Source: a virus. Taken from it: 64,000 nucleotides of DNA. A model generated the notes under the pieces. That model ran no database searches, was not told the DNA's origin, and saw nothing but the letters and a program-made list of their open reading frames with translations. The position numbers were made by a program, and so were the translations under genes. Positions 9,548-19,892 of the stretch are shown here, piece after piece; positions within the stretch are counted from its first letter, which is position 1; the number at the start of each line of letters is the position of its first letter. The stretch is from the IMG/VR virus record IMGVR_UViG_3300005918_000012, one strand, 5' to 3'.

Positions 9548-12500
9548 TGGCTGATAAACCACAAGATAAAAATCTATTTCCGTCTTCTATTCCTCAGAAC
9601 CCATCTTCTCTGAAAGATAGCCAAGATCGAAAAAATGCTGTCCGGAGTCAAGTTGATCGGATTATGTCAGCATTTATGAAAGTGCTGCCGAGTAACCTGG
9701 TCTCTCAGGTATCCGGTCCATTCTACTCCCTTCAGTTCCAGTCAGCAGCCGAGGAAATTGCTGATTTCCAGATAACTGCTCAGGAAATGATGGCTGATGC
9801 TTTTACTGATTACACTCGACCTGAATATCTCTGGCAGATTATTGGCTCTCTGGTATTTCCAGATGCCAAAACTGATGGATGGCCTGACATTGAGGGTGAT
9901 TTATCATACCGTGATTTCCTTCAAAGAATGGTGCTGCTCCTTCTTCAAGGGGCAAGGCCGGATGTTATCAAGGACGGAATTGAGTTACTGACAGACGCTA
10001 CGGTTGAAGTAATTGAACGTGGCATCGAAGCCCGGAAACTCAAAGGAACATCAGCTTGGAAGGGTGATGATCAGTTCACCTTCGAGATTAACATCAGTGA
10101 AGAAGCCGGTACAGTTGATATCGATGGGGTGGATATCCCTATTCAGAAATTCCCTTCTGACGACCCCTTCAAGTTAGCTCGGAATGTTCAGATAGTTCTG
10201 AGAGCTCTAAAGCCCGGGCATACTTTATACGACTACAGACATTTATTCTATGATTCATTCCAGACGTTGTTCACAGATACTTGGTCATATGATTTTTCAA
10301 CCTACCATTATCAAGATTTCCGTCGTTTTTGGTTAGGTGCCAAGAGTGTGACTGGAACGGCTGGGGAAACTCTGGTTGATAAAACTTTGTTCACGGATAC
10401 AACACGGGATTTCACATCTATTCAACCCGGAGCTATCCTGACGATTCTGGATGGACCGAACTCCCTTCATGTAGGGACAAATGACGGAATCCCTGTCCAA
10501 GTACCCGAAGATTACACAGGGAACTTCCGAGTAGACGAAATTCTTTTCTTCCCTGTTGGGGATGATTCTGTTCCACGAGCATATACTACTTCACCAACAC
10601 TGTTAACCGGAACGGCTACTGTAGTTGGTGATGAGTTAAACGATCCTTACCAGAATTGGGCAAATGCTGTTGAGGGAGAGACCCTCACATTTACAGCCGG
10701 ACCGAACTCAGGTTCATACAGATTGAAGACCGTAGCAGGCGTAAACGGTGGTCCTGTTGGTTTTGTTACTGAGTCATCTACCAAAGTAAAAATAGCTCCT
10801 AGTATCCTACGGTTATCAAGAAGGATGGCTCAAGCAGCTGAGGGTCAGACTTATCAAGTTGATGTTGATCGGTTAGGTGTTCAGACACCTCGTCAAGTAG
10901 AAGTAGAGGATGCCAGTGTTTCCTTTATAGGTTCTTCTGGTACCCGTGATTACATCATGACTCAACGTGGCCCACTGACTAAAGATTGGGGTGATGGGAC
11001 TCCGGCCACGAAACAAGATGTGGAAGTTTCAGTAGATGGTTCTGTAGTTGCGGTATCTGAGGTCAATCCTTATTTAGGTAAAATCACTTTAGCTACCCCG
11101 ATTGCATTAAGCACCCCACCACCTGAAGTCAAAGTAAATTATTACTGGATGGCCACTCCTATGATAGGTCTGGCCGGGCTTAATACTTCAGGCTTAGTGT
11201 TGAACCAGTGGGATAGACAAGCTGGCCACACAATGCCAGCTAATCATGGGCAGCCTCCTTTAGGACCGTTACATACACCACCACAACCTCCACAAAGTCC
11301 TATTGCTGAGGATGATGAGATACCAACACGATTCCCAATGGGGATTGTCTTAGGACCGATTGGCCGTCCTGCACCATTGCAGATTGGCCATAGATATATT
11401 GGTTTCGAGAGAGATGCCTCTTCTCTGTTGAATGATCCTACAAGTATGGTTTTGAATCAAAATCCTTTCCAGACCGCTGAGGATGACTTTGAACGGACAA
11501 TGACCGGTGAGACAGTTGCTTATGAAGGAACTGAAATCCCGGTAGAGTCTTCTCCAATATGGTTGCTGGAAGGTCAAGATAATGGCTATGTAGATGTCGG
11601 CCTTGGAACTTACACCTTGATAGATGCTCTGCCGGCTGAATTTGAGCCTGACCTCCGAACTGTGACAATGTATCATCGGGAAACGGATCTTACTTTCCCA
11701 GCAGCAGCTACTTTAGCTGCTAGATTTATTGTTGAAGATTACACCCTTGAAGGAGTATTTACCGGCATAGGGTTCGGACTCCACGATAACCATAACTTAT
11801 ATCAAGTAGGACTCCTAGTTATAAATGGTGTCCGGCATCTTGGTGTTTTGTCTGATCCGAAGAAACTTGAGCTTCGTGAGGCTTGGATTTTAGGTCCCAC
11901 GTCAGCTTCTTCTGTGTCAGGTGCTCATATAATCAGTATTAATACTGATTTAGTTCCGCTTGGTTTCCAATCTGGGATGCAATTTCAGATTTTCGACCAT
12001 GCTCAAGCTGGTGTTTATACTGCTACCTCTGTTGTTCATCAATGTGAGGGTTCTACTACAATCACCGTCGAGGAAGCCTTCCCAGCAGACTTTAAACTAT
12101 GGGATCAGGACAATCCAGAGGTCGTGTTCGAAGTACGTTGGGACGAGCATCCTCTAACTTACCGTTTTGTAGCAGACCTTGAGAATGAGATTGCTTCTTT
12201 AGAGATATCAGGAGAGATATCAGCAACGGCTTTTGATCTGAATGGGGTAACAAACCCTTGGCCTGTTCCGTCTGAGTCGGCTCTGGTTCTGGATACCTCC
12301 GGTACAGGCCAAGCATTCTGGGGTTCTCTGAGTTATCTTGCAGCTAATCAGACGAAATGGTCATTTTTCCGTTATGGGATTACCCCAGATTTTACGACTT
12401 TGAATGTACCAGCTATTGTTGTTCAGACAGAAATGGGCGTCATTCCTCAAGATAATCCTGACTATCCTTGGTTTACTACTCAGTCCTTCGGTACAGGGGT

Positions 12501-15393
12501 GATTGACCAGACAGGAGATACTCTCCTTCTTAAATCTCCTGTAGCCAGTGAGACTTTGGAATACACATTTGGATTCTCTCGGCTGGAACCCTTCATGAAT
12601 GAAGGTGCAGGCGTTGATGTTCGAGCAGAGTTTCGATTAGACTCTGGTGTTTTAGGGTCTGGGGATGCTGAACTCGTTATCAATAATGGAACTAAAGAGG
12701 TTCGATTAGCTACCCTTCTATATGCCGAAGGATACTCCGGGACAGAATACCGTCGATTGTTCTCTATCCCTACGGTCACTATGGCTGGTCTTCAAGACCC
12801 AGACCAACAGGACTGGGAGATTATTTCGGGATCAGATGCCACAGTTCTCCGAAGTGAATATGACCTTATTATTACACAAGGAGCTGACCAGACTCAACGG
12901 TATCGAGCATACCTCGATCTTACTGATTTCACTGTGGATTCTGGTTATCGTATTGTAGAATCTCAGATCGGTGTGGACGATTACACAGCAGATTCCAGTG
13001 ATCTGACAGGCATCTTTTTCCAAGCAGATATTGGACCGACCCACTCAATGAATTTGAGACTCAAGGCCGGAACAACTCCAACTATTCAAATGCTTGATCT
13101 AGCCGGTACCATTGTTCATGAATATGACTTTGATTGGACAGATGAGGAAACCCACACTTACAGAGTTGTAGGTGCTACAGGAGCCTTGTCAGTATTCGTT
13201 GATGATGTGTTAATGCTCCCTACCTTGGATATAGCTTTGTTCTCAGGAGGTTCTGGGACAAACACTACTATTCTGTTTGGGGCTACAAGCCTTACAGGTA
13301 TTTCAAGTACTGTTCGGTGGAGGACAATATCCTATCATCCAACTCCTGCTGCGGGATGTTTCCGGACGGTGGGTATTTGGAATGGTGGGGAAAAAGATCA
13401 TATCAATTCCTGGGAAATCCCTCGGATAGATACCTCTACAGCTCCAAACTCAGCTCAGGTTGGACCGAGTGTTGTAGAGATGGATTGGCTTTCAGATCAG
13501 GAGTTTAGACTCCTTCTGAACCCTGACTGGGGTGTTACGATGTACCGGCCTGACCTTAGCCTTCCTCCGTATTACCAACCGGAGTCGGATGTGGTCGGGA
13601 CAGGCTTCATTAATCAAACGAACGAACCTTCCGCTGGGTGGATCAACCTTCAATATTCTCAGCTGCCTGATGTGGATCAAACCTTTGGCTCGATTGAGTT
13701 CGGATCTTTTGATACTCAGTCTGTCACTCAACAGAGATGGAGTTGGGTCAGGTATCGAATCTTTAAGGCTCTGACAAATGATTTCATAGCCCCTCAACAT
13801 ATGATCCTTAACTATGCCAACGTCATTACCAGCGGAGAGCTGACCAAAGACATAACGATGGAGAATGTCATCGTGCAGACGATTGATACTCGTCGGGTGT
13901 CTCTGTTGCCAACTCACCTGTATGCTGAGGATATTTACAAGATTGTGGATGAGGGGACTATTTATACTCGGGAGTCTTGGACTTTTGACCCAGAAACTCA
14001 GTTGATTATGTTGGGTCAAGATGCCAACTACAACGATCTGTATTTCTCTGGGGAACATGTCCCAGTTACTATTATTTTCCAGGCAGGTAAACCTGTTACC
14101 ACAACTTATCTTGAGAATCAGCCTCTGGCCGATAGTGTGACTCGATTGAATGAGGGTACTCCCCCAATTCCGTTGCATCAATCCAATGGCATTGACAAGG
14201 AGATCATTTATAGGGATCTTTTAAACGACCCTTATGACCCGACAGACACCAGTGTGATGGATAATCCTTATAGGGTTCTGGAACATGAAGTTGATGCTGA
14301 AACCTTGTATGAGTCTATGCAGTTCATGGAAATCTCAAATGGTGGCCAGAGGGGCCTAATAAAGATTGCAGGAGAAGGAACTCTCCCCGAAGGTTTCTCT
14401 GGATACTCTGAAACTGAAGGAAAAGCAGTCGGTGCTTATGTTTTAGAAACGTCAGGTACAAAGTTCAACGAGAAAGCAGCTTTCCCTAAACCAGAGCCTT
14501 TTGAACAAGGCGGAGGCTCTCCAGGTCAGACTCTGTTCTGTAGTGGTGGAGATTATATGGGGCCGACAGCCGTAAATATTGGTACCGTTGGGAGTCCTGT
14601 TTGGGTAGCTGGGGTGGATGCTCCTTTAGGTGGAGTTCTTGGTCCAGGTTCTGCTATCTTAAATCCGAACTTCCCCTCTGAAAATGCAACTCGTGGAAAA
14701 GATGAAGGTAAAGTTAATCGAAGTACTGAATGGTACATGAGAATTGACCCGTTGACAGAAACAATTCAATGGCCTTTGATGGATAATACTCCCCCAAGCG
14801 GCCCCCCAGAAGACGACCCTAATATTAACGGAACCCCAAACCCAAGTGGTGATGGTGCTTGTTTAGCAGTCTTGACAGGTGGTTCTGGTTACTCTGAGGT
14901 TGAGACAGATTGGTGGTTCTGGGAATCTTTAGTAGATGAGCCAGGTGTAGGGTATTTATTGTTCCCTGGAACTCTTACTGACGGCACTCAAGTAACAATA
15001 CGAAATGAATCTCTTTCTATAGAAGCTACTTTCACAGCTAGGGCGATTCCCGTAGGACCAAACGACTTTGGTATTTTAATTAACCCTAATGAAAATCTGG
15101 CTGAGATTATTAGTGGGAACCCATTTCATGTGCCACCTATTAGCCCTAACCCTGTTATCAGCCCTTATGTTACGGCTACCGCAACGATGGTGGGTATGGT
15201 AAAGGCAGTGAAAATTACTGCTGTTAATCCGATTACAATAACTAATATTCTGGTTTTAGAAACCAGTGATCCGAATAGAATTGGTTTATCGGGTGTTGTT
15301 TTTGATGGTCCAGAATCAGGAAGTTTAGGCGGTGATGTTTTGCCTCCAGGGGTAGAAGTCAGTTTCACAATTTATGCCGCTACAGGGGTTTAA
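9547..15393 (+). CDS. Very large baseplate wedge protein (gpI/gp7-like N-terminus plus beta-rich domains)
   Basis: 1948 aa, coupled to the baseplate J gene by TAATG. N-terminal 'YRDFLQRMVLLLLQGA...VLRALKPGHT' resembles gpI-like wedge proteins. Confidence 0.6.
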   Translation: MADKPQDKNLFPSSIPQNPSSLKDSQDRKNAVRSQVDRIMSAFMKVLPSNLVSQVSGPFYSLQFQSAAEEIADFQITAQEMMADAFTDYTRPEYLWQIIGSLVFPDAKTDGWPDIEGDLSYRDFLQRMVLLLLQGARPDVIKDGIELLTDATVEVIERGIEARKLKGTSAWKGDDQFTFEINISEEAGTVDIDGVDIPIQKFPSDDPFKLARNVQIVLRALKPGHTLYDYRHLFYDSFQTLFTDTWSYDFSTYHYQDFRRFWLGAKSVTGTAGETLVDKTLFTDTTRDFTSIQPGAILTILDGPNSLHVGTNDGIPVQVPEDYTGNFRVDEILFFPVGDDSVPRAYTTSPTLLTGTATVVGDELNDPYQNWANAVEGETLTFTAGPNSGSYRLKTVAGVNGGPVGFVTESSTKVKIAPSILRLSRRMAQAAEGQTYQVDVDRLGVQTPRQVEVEDASVSFIGSSGTRDYIMTQRGPLTKDWGDGTPATKQDVEVSVDGSVVAVSEVNPYLGKITLATPIALSTPPPEVKVNYYWMATPMIGLAGLNTSGLVLNQWDRQAGHTMPANHGQPPLGPLHTPPQPPQSPIAEDDEIPTRFPMGIVLGPIGRPAPLQIGHRYIGFERDASSLLNDPTSMVLNQNPFQTAEDDFERTMTGETVAYEGTEIPVESSPIWLLEGQDNGYVDVGLGTYTLIDALPAEFEPDLRTVTMYHRETDLTFPAAATLAARFIVEDYTLEGVFTGIGFGLHDNHNLYQVGLLVINGVRHLGVLSDPKKLELREAWILGPTSASSVSGAHIISINTDLVPLGFQSGMQFQIFDHAQAGVYTATSVVHQCEGSTTITVEEAFPADFKLWDQDNPEVVFEVRWDEHPLTYRFVADLENEIASLEISGEISATAFDLNGVTNPWPVPSESALVLDTSGTGQAFWGSLSYLAANQTKWSFFRYGITPDFTTLNVPAIVVQTEMGVIPQDNPDYPWFTTQSFGTGVIDQTGDTLLLKSPVASETLEYTFGFSRLEPFMNEGAGVDVRAEFRLDSGVLGSGDAELVINNGTKEVRLATLLYAEGYSGTEYRRLFSIPTVTMAGLQDPDQQDWEIISGSDATVLRSEYDLIITQGADQTQRYRAYLDLTDFTVDSGYRIVESQIGVDDYTADSSDLTGIFFQADIGPTHSMNLRLKAGTTPTIQMLDLAGTIVHEYDFDWTDEETHTYRVVGATGALSVFVDDVLMLPTLDIALFSGGSGTNTTILFGATSLTGISSTVRWRTISYHPTPAAGCFRTVGIWNGGEKDHINSWEIPRIDTSTAPNSAQVGPSVVEMDWLSDQEFRLLLNPDWGVTMYRPDLSLPPYYQPESDVVGTGFINQTNEPSAGWINLQYSQLPDVDQTFGSIEFGSFDTQSVTQQRWSWVRYRIFKALTNDFIAPQHMILNYANVITSGELTKDITMENVIVQTIDTRRVSLLPTHLYAEDIYKIVDEGTIYTRESWTFDPETQLIMLGQDANYNDLYFSGEHVPVTIIFQAGKPVTTTYLENQPLADSVTRLNEGTPPIPLHQSNGIDKEIIYRDLLNDPYDPTDTSVMDNPYRVLEHEVDAETLYESMQFMEISNGGQRGLIKIAGEGTLPEGFSGYSETEGKAVGAYVLETSGTKFNEKAAFPKPEPFEQGGGSPGQTLFCSGGDYMGPTAVNIGTVGSPVWVAGVDAPLGGVLGPGSAILNPNFPSENATRGKDEGKVNRSTEWYMRIDPLTETIQWPLMDNTPPSGPPEDDPNINGTPNPSGDGACLAVLTGGSGYSEVETDWWFWESLVDEPGVGYLLFPGTLTDGTQVTIRNESLSIEATFTARAIPVGPNDFGILINPNENLAEIISGNPFHVPPISPNPVISPYVTATATMVGMVKAVKITAVNPITITNILVLETSDPNRIGLSGVVFDGPESGSLGGDVLPPGVEVSFTIYAATGV

Positions 15394-15396
15394 GTT

Positions 15397-15417
15397 GGTA
15401 ATACCTCTATCTTAACC
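15397..15417 (+). promoter_or_regulatory. Putative late-promoter motif (copy 2)
   Basis: GGTaatacctCTATCttaaCC, intergenic. Confidence 0.55.
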
Positions 15418-15448
15418 ACCCTTGTAGGAACTTATAAAGGAAAAGATT

Positions 15449-15646
15449 ATGTTTTTTAAAGAACGGATGAAAAATATGAGTCAGGGGATGAAATCTATGT
15501 TGCAATCTCGTTATGAAGAGGTCGTCCCGTTGATGTCTAAAGCTAACGGGTCATTTCGTCTGAAAATGTGGGATGCCAAGACAGGGGAAATATTAGTAGA
15601 GTGGGATAAACTTAATAAAAAAAGGATTAAGTCATGTTTGATGTGA
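15449..15646 (+). CDS. Short ORF duplicating part of the N-terminus of the next gene (alternative 5' end or remnant)
   Basis: Shares KMWDAKTGEILVEW with 15634..16224. AAGGA RBS. Confidence 0.5.
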   Translation: MFFKERMKNMSQGMKSMLQSRYEEVVPLMSKANGSFRLKMWDAKTGEILVEWDKLNKKRIKSCLM

Positions 15647-15732
15647 ATGAGAGAGGATTAACAAGATCTGCAAAAGGTCGTTTTTTTGTGAAAATGTGGG
15701 ATGCTAAAACAGGGGAAATATTAGTAGAGTGG
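15561..15732 (+). repeat. 44-bp direct repeat (15561-15604 / 15689-15732, 2 mismatches)
   Basis: tgaaaatgtgggatgc(c/t)aa(g/a)acaggggaaatattagtagagtgg. Confidence 0.9.
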
Positions 15733-16224
15733 AATAGACCTCAAGTAATCACATTAGATGCTGGAATTCAGGCAGCCGGGTTGTTTAAGAACAGTTTGGA
15801 GCCTACAGCATTAGCTAGTAACGGTATTGCAATGTTGGCTATTGGGACAGGAGCCGCAGGTAACCCTATAAACCCAGATGCTCCTGACGAACGTCAACGG
15901 GCATTGAATATTGAGACAACTCGTAAAGCTTTTTCATCCAGTCAGTTCAGAACTGCTGCTGGTGTTGCTGTTGCTTATCCGACGAACATTGTGGATTTCA
16001 CGACTGTTTATGGAGAAGCTGAGGCTGTTGGTGCTTTGAATGAGATGGCTTTGATACGTCCAGCCACCCCTGCAAATCCAATCCCAGCAGCATTCGGCGG
16101 TGTTGATTATGATGCTACATTTGACACCGCTAGCTATGATCTGATGGCTAATTACCTGACATTCGGAGTAATCACGAAGCCCTCGACGGCCATTTTGTCG
16201 ATAACGTGGCGGTTAACATTCTAA
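15634..16224 (+). CDS. Baseplate / tail-fibre attachment protein (tail-collar-like)
   Basis: 'AIGTG...ALNIETTRKAF...TTVYGEAEAVGALNEMAL...ITKPSTAILSITWRLTF' is the pattern typical of myophage fibre-attachment proteins. Confidence 0.6.
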   Translation: MFDVNERGLTRSAKGRFFVKMWDAKTGEILVEWNRPQVITLDAGIQAAGLFKNSLEPTALASNGIAMLAIGTGAAGNPINPDAPDERQRALNIETTRKAFSSSQFRTAAGVAVAYPTNIVDFTTVYGEAEAVGALNEMALIRPATPANPIPAAFGGVDYDATFDTASYDLMANYLTFGVITKPSTAILSITWRLTF

Positions 16225-16259
16225 TTTGCCGAATTATGAAAACCGTCAGAAGGTGAGAT

Positions 16260-19200
16260 ATGGCAACCAAAGATTATAAAAAGAATTACTCTGGGATTCG
16301 TGGGGCAGGGAGTGTACTTCCTGTTGATAATACAGTTTCCAGAAATTTAAGTGCTGGGGACAAATCTCTTGAGTCTGTCATTTGGCAGTCCGGTAAACCT
16401 ATCCTTGATTCCGAGCTTGAGATACATCAAGATGCAGCTCGGTGGGAGAATCGTCTTTACCGTTCCCAACATATGAACTCCGGCTGGCTTCGAGGTCAGT
16501 CCCGAGATGATGGGTATCTTGAGTATACCACAGTAGATGGCTCAGGTATATCTGATGATTCAGGTGTCTCCCCACCTCTGATTGATGGGACTACTCTGGT
16601 TAATTCTTTTGTTCTTCCGAAATTGACAGCTTTAGTAGCTGGTCGGATGATTGTTATTGAATATACAAACACAGAAACAGCAGAAGCAAATCTAATCCAA
16701 TTACCAGAACCTCGGCTTTATGCAACGGGTATAACAAAACGTACTGATTTCGTATGGTTAGAAGTCTGGTTGTCCTTGGTAGCTCCGAGTCCCCGAGCTT
16801 CCGGTTATGTTCGAGTAGTGGATGCAGACCCCGCTGTTTTAGTTACAGGTGGAGCAGTTATCACTCTCAACGGAGTTTCGATCACAGCTACTCTGACAAG
16901 TCCTGCTCCGGTAGGTTTCTTTACAGTTACTTCAAATGATGAAGTAACTACGGCATCAAATATTGTGACAGCTCTTAATGACCCTGCAAATGGCTTTGAT
17001 GGCTTCATAGTAGCCAGAGCTAATGCAGATGAAGTTTGGATTGAGGCAGTTGTAGCGGGCGTTACTGGAAATGCTATTACCCTGAGTGCCACTACAGTAG
17101 GTCTTTTAGCTTCTGGGGTGACATTACTAAACGGTGCAGACAGACCAAATAAACCTGCAGCTGACCAAAGCAAACTGTTTCGACATGGAAACACTCTGTC
17201 ACCTGAAAGTACTTGGCTTGATGATGAGATGATTGATCCTGTTGTGAATCAGGAAACTGCTCAACGTGTTCAAGTTCAATATAGATTCAGATACACAGAT
17301 GCAGAAGATATCAATTATAAAACTCACCCTGATGGGTTCTCTAATGGGGTGTCGGGAGATCCTACTACCCCTCTAGTAATTGCTCAGGGTCCACGATTGA
17401 CACCAGCCTTAAATGTAGGTGGTAGCCGGACATATCCTTTCGTACCAGCCGATCAAGATTCTGATTGGTTGGAGTCCGATGCTGTAGAATATGCTATTAA
17501 AGATAACGGTTTGTGGGTTTCAGGAAACGGTTCAACTCAATCTGTGGAAGATTTGGGTACGCTTGATGGGTATGTATATGCAATCCCTCTGTGTTTCGTT
17601 TTCCGTCACAATGATGTTTCTTCTATTGGAACAGCTCAGTATGGGTTTGATCCCGATGATAATAGTAACGGAGCTCCTCTCCATGACCATCTTTCTTATG
17701 ATGGTCCTTTAGGGGTTATTGGAGTAGGTCTTTCTGACCGTCCCGATGGTGAGTTTGCTGATGTCATTACTCAAGAGAACCTTTTAGATCTCCGCCGTTC
17801 AATCGTTCCCCCGGGAATTGATTTAACCAGTGAGCTTCAATATCAAATACAGTCCCTTCTGGATGCCAATAATCAGACTTGGGCTATAGATTCTCATGAA
17901 AAACATTCTTATTCAGGTACTGAAAACGGAGATGTTTCAACAAGGTGCTTGGTTTGTGATACTATAGGTAGAAATACCTCTCAAGCAGGAGAACACACCA
18001 GAGATTTCGACCATATCTCCCGACGTTTTGGAGATAACCCTGTTATAGAACGAGTGGTTTTTTCTTACTGGCCTGGTGATCGTGTAGCAGCAGCTGTTCC
18101 AGTTACTCCCGGACTTGCCAATGATGCCAAGTATGTTACAAAAGCTGGCGGTTCTGTTTCTGATGTTTGGACAGAAGGAGATGTTCTTCATCTTGATCTG
18201 GCAAATTTCGATACCGGTGGCCTCGGATCATTTTTCCAAGGTGGGTCAATGGGCGGTTTACCGTTGCCATGGGGTCCTTTTTACTTTACAGATGTTGTTC
18301 CTCCGGGGACAGTAATTAGTGATGTACTTTCGATTTATCACGATGACGGAAATTATAATGTAGTTTACGATCAGCAAGTCGAAGCTTCTTCAATAAGAGG
18401 AATAGGCACGAGCCATCTGGAGATACATTTGGATGCCAACGACACTCCTGTAACAGGAGGTTTAAATGTGGCTGAGTATCCGATGGTGGATAGAGATGTA
18501 ACTTTCCCCGGAACTGGTTCACAACGGCGTATCTTTATTGAAGTCGAGATTAGTTACCCAATAGGGGATGAACTACATCAAGGGCTGACAGATACTCCTT
18601 TGCTTGATTTAACTACTCCTGATGAGATAGTTTATAATACCGACCCTGCAAATTCAGGAACGGTGGGTGATTTTCTTCCGGGTCCCGGAAATGCTATTGT
18701 AGTTGATCAGTTACAAGCCCCAGCAGATACAGCTTTAAGAAACCCTCCAGGCTTCCGAGAAGGCTTTAGAGAAGTTCGGTTGGATTATGTGACTGATGCA
18801 ACAGATGACGTGACTTTGCCTGATACAGACCCTGTATTTGAAGAAGCCTCCATATTGAATCCGTTAGGTGGATTGGTCAGTCGTAACAAACAAAATGTTT
18901 ATACCCCTCGTCGTTTGTATGGGGAGCATTACAGTTCCGGTGGTGGTTACCCGACCGTTTACGATGTTCCGGCAGCCGTTAATGTTAATGTGGATTACGA
19001 TCTTACCGAATACGGCAGTAGTTCTCGGAAAATTGTACTTGAAACTGCTAATCTGTCAGGAGTTGGTAACACTCTTTGTGACGTGGAATACTATCCTCAA
19101 GACCCGATACCCAACTATGGAGATGCAGGTTACAGTGTGATGATTTATTACCGTGCAGCAGCTCCTCAGACGGCAGGAGTTATTGATGGTATTATGGATA

Positions 19201-19880
19201 CTGATAATGGTGGGACAGTTCCAACAGAACTATCCATCGAGCCTCTAGCCATTAGCCCTCATACTTGGACTTCTCAGGTAGGGATGGGTTCGACAGATGC
19301 TGCTTTCCCGTATGCTTCTCCACTGGATCAGATTCCGATTATGGAAGGTAAGCCTACTTTGGATACTTTGCCTACTATTGGAGAGTGGCATTTCTGTGCT
19401 TCGGCCATGGTTACTATTGATGATTTCAATACTGATACTGGTATGTTGGCTTTGCAATCCATGATTCAAGCTGACCAGCAACCGACTTGGACTTTGGGTG
19501 GTGATGATGCTTATCAGAAACCTTACAAAGATAATGAGTTCAGGGCATTGTATCCTTACGTAACAGGTTTAAATGGCTATCGTCCAACGATTATGGCTCA
19601 ACCTTTGTTTGGTTCAACCAGACATAAAGTATTCGTACCTGTTCTAGCACGGGTGAAAGAAACCGTACCTGGTGCTCTGAATGGTATCTTATTTAGACAG
19701 GATGAGTTGGTTTTAGTTGTATTGACCCGATTTGCAGAATTAGATGAAGACAATCATATCCGATTCGTTGGTGGATTAGCTTCGGACGGCTCAGAGGGTG
19801 ATACTGATGCTTATGCAAATAGAACTTGTGCTGCTGTGTATAGAACCCGCAACCTGCTTTTGACTGTGGGTGGAAGATAA
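16260..19880 (+). CDS. Baseplate/tail-fibre protein, paralogue of 30285..36692
   Basis: Blocks 'VIWQSGKPILDSEL', 'RTDFVWLEVW', 'TAQRVQVQYRFR', 'GTLDGYVYAIPLCFVFR' and 'RPDGEFADVI...LLDLR'. Confidence 0.65.
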   Translation: MATKDYKKNYSGIRGAGSVLPVDNTVSRNLSAGDKSLESVIWQSGKPILDSELEIHQDAARWENRLYRSQHMNSGWLRGQSRDDGYLEYTTVDGSGISDDSGVSPPLIDGTTLVNSFVLPKLTALVAGRMIVIEYTNTETAEANLIQLPEPRLYATGITKRTDFVWLEVWLSLVAPSPRASGYVRVVDADPAVLVTGGAVITLNGVSITATLTSPAPVGFFTVTSNDEVTTASNIVTALNDPANGFDGFIVARANADEVWIEAVVAGVTGNAITLSATTVGLLASGVTLLNGADRPNKPAADQSKLFRHGNTLSPESTWLDDEMIDPVVNQETAQRVQVQYRFRYTDAEDINYKTHPDGFSNGVSGDPTTPLVIAQGPRLTPALNVGGSRTYPFVPADQDSDWLESDAVEYAIKDNGLWVSGNGSTQSVEDLGTLDGYVYAIPLCFVFRHNDVSSIGTAQYGFDPDDNSNGAPLHDHLSYDGPLGVIGVGLSDRPDGEFADVITQENLLDLRRSIVPPGIDLTSELQYQIQSLLDANNQTWAIDSHEKHSYSGTENGDVSTRCLVCDTIGRNTSQAGEHTRDFDHISRRFGDNPVIERVVFSYWPGDRVAAAVPVTPGLANDAKYVTKAGGSVSDVWTEGDVLHLDLANFDTGGLGSFFQGGSMGGLPLPWGPFYFTDVVPPGTVISDVLSIYHDDGNYNVVYDQQVEASSIRGIGTSHLEIHLDANDTPVTGGLNVAEYPMVDRDVTFPGTGSQRRIFIEVEISYPIGDELHQGLTDTPLLDLTTPDEIVYNTDPANSGTVGDFLPGPGNAIVVDQLQAPADTALRNPPGFREGFREVRLDYVTDATDDVTLPDTDPVFEEASILNPLGGLVSRNKQNVYTPRRLYGEHYSSGGGYPTVYDVPAAVNVNVDYDLTEYGSSSRKIVLETANLSGVGNTLCDVEYYPQDPIPNYGDAGYSVMIYYRAAAPQTAGVIDGIMDTDNGGTVPTELSIEPLAISPHTWTSQVGMGSTDAAFPYASPLDQIPIMEGKPTLDTLPTIGEWHFCASAMVTIDDFNTDTGMLALQSMIQADQQPTWTLGGDDAYQKPYKDNEFRALYPYVTGLNGYRPTIMAQPLFGSTRHKVFVPVLARVKETVPGALNGILFRQDELVLVVLTRFAELDEDNHIRFVGGLASDGSEGDTDAYANRTCAAVYRTRNLLLTVGGR

Positions 19881-19892
19881 AGGAGATTCGGG

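Noticed and set aside
13492-14181. 229-aa minus-strand ORF and other short nested ORFs in the structural block
   Set aside because: They are antisense or out-of-frame shadows of long genes, with no motifs or RBS.
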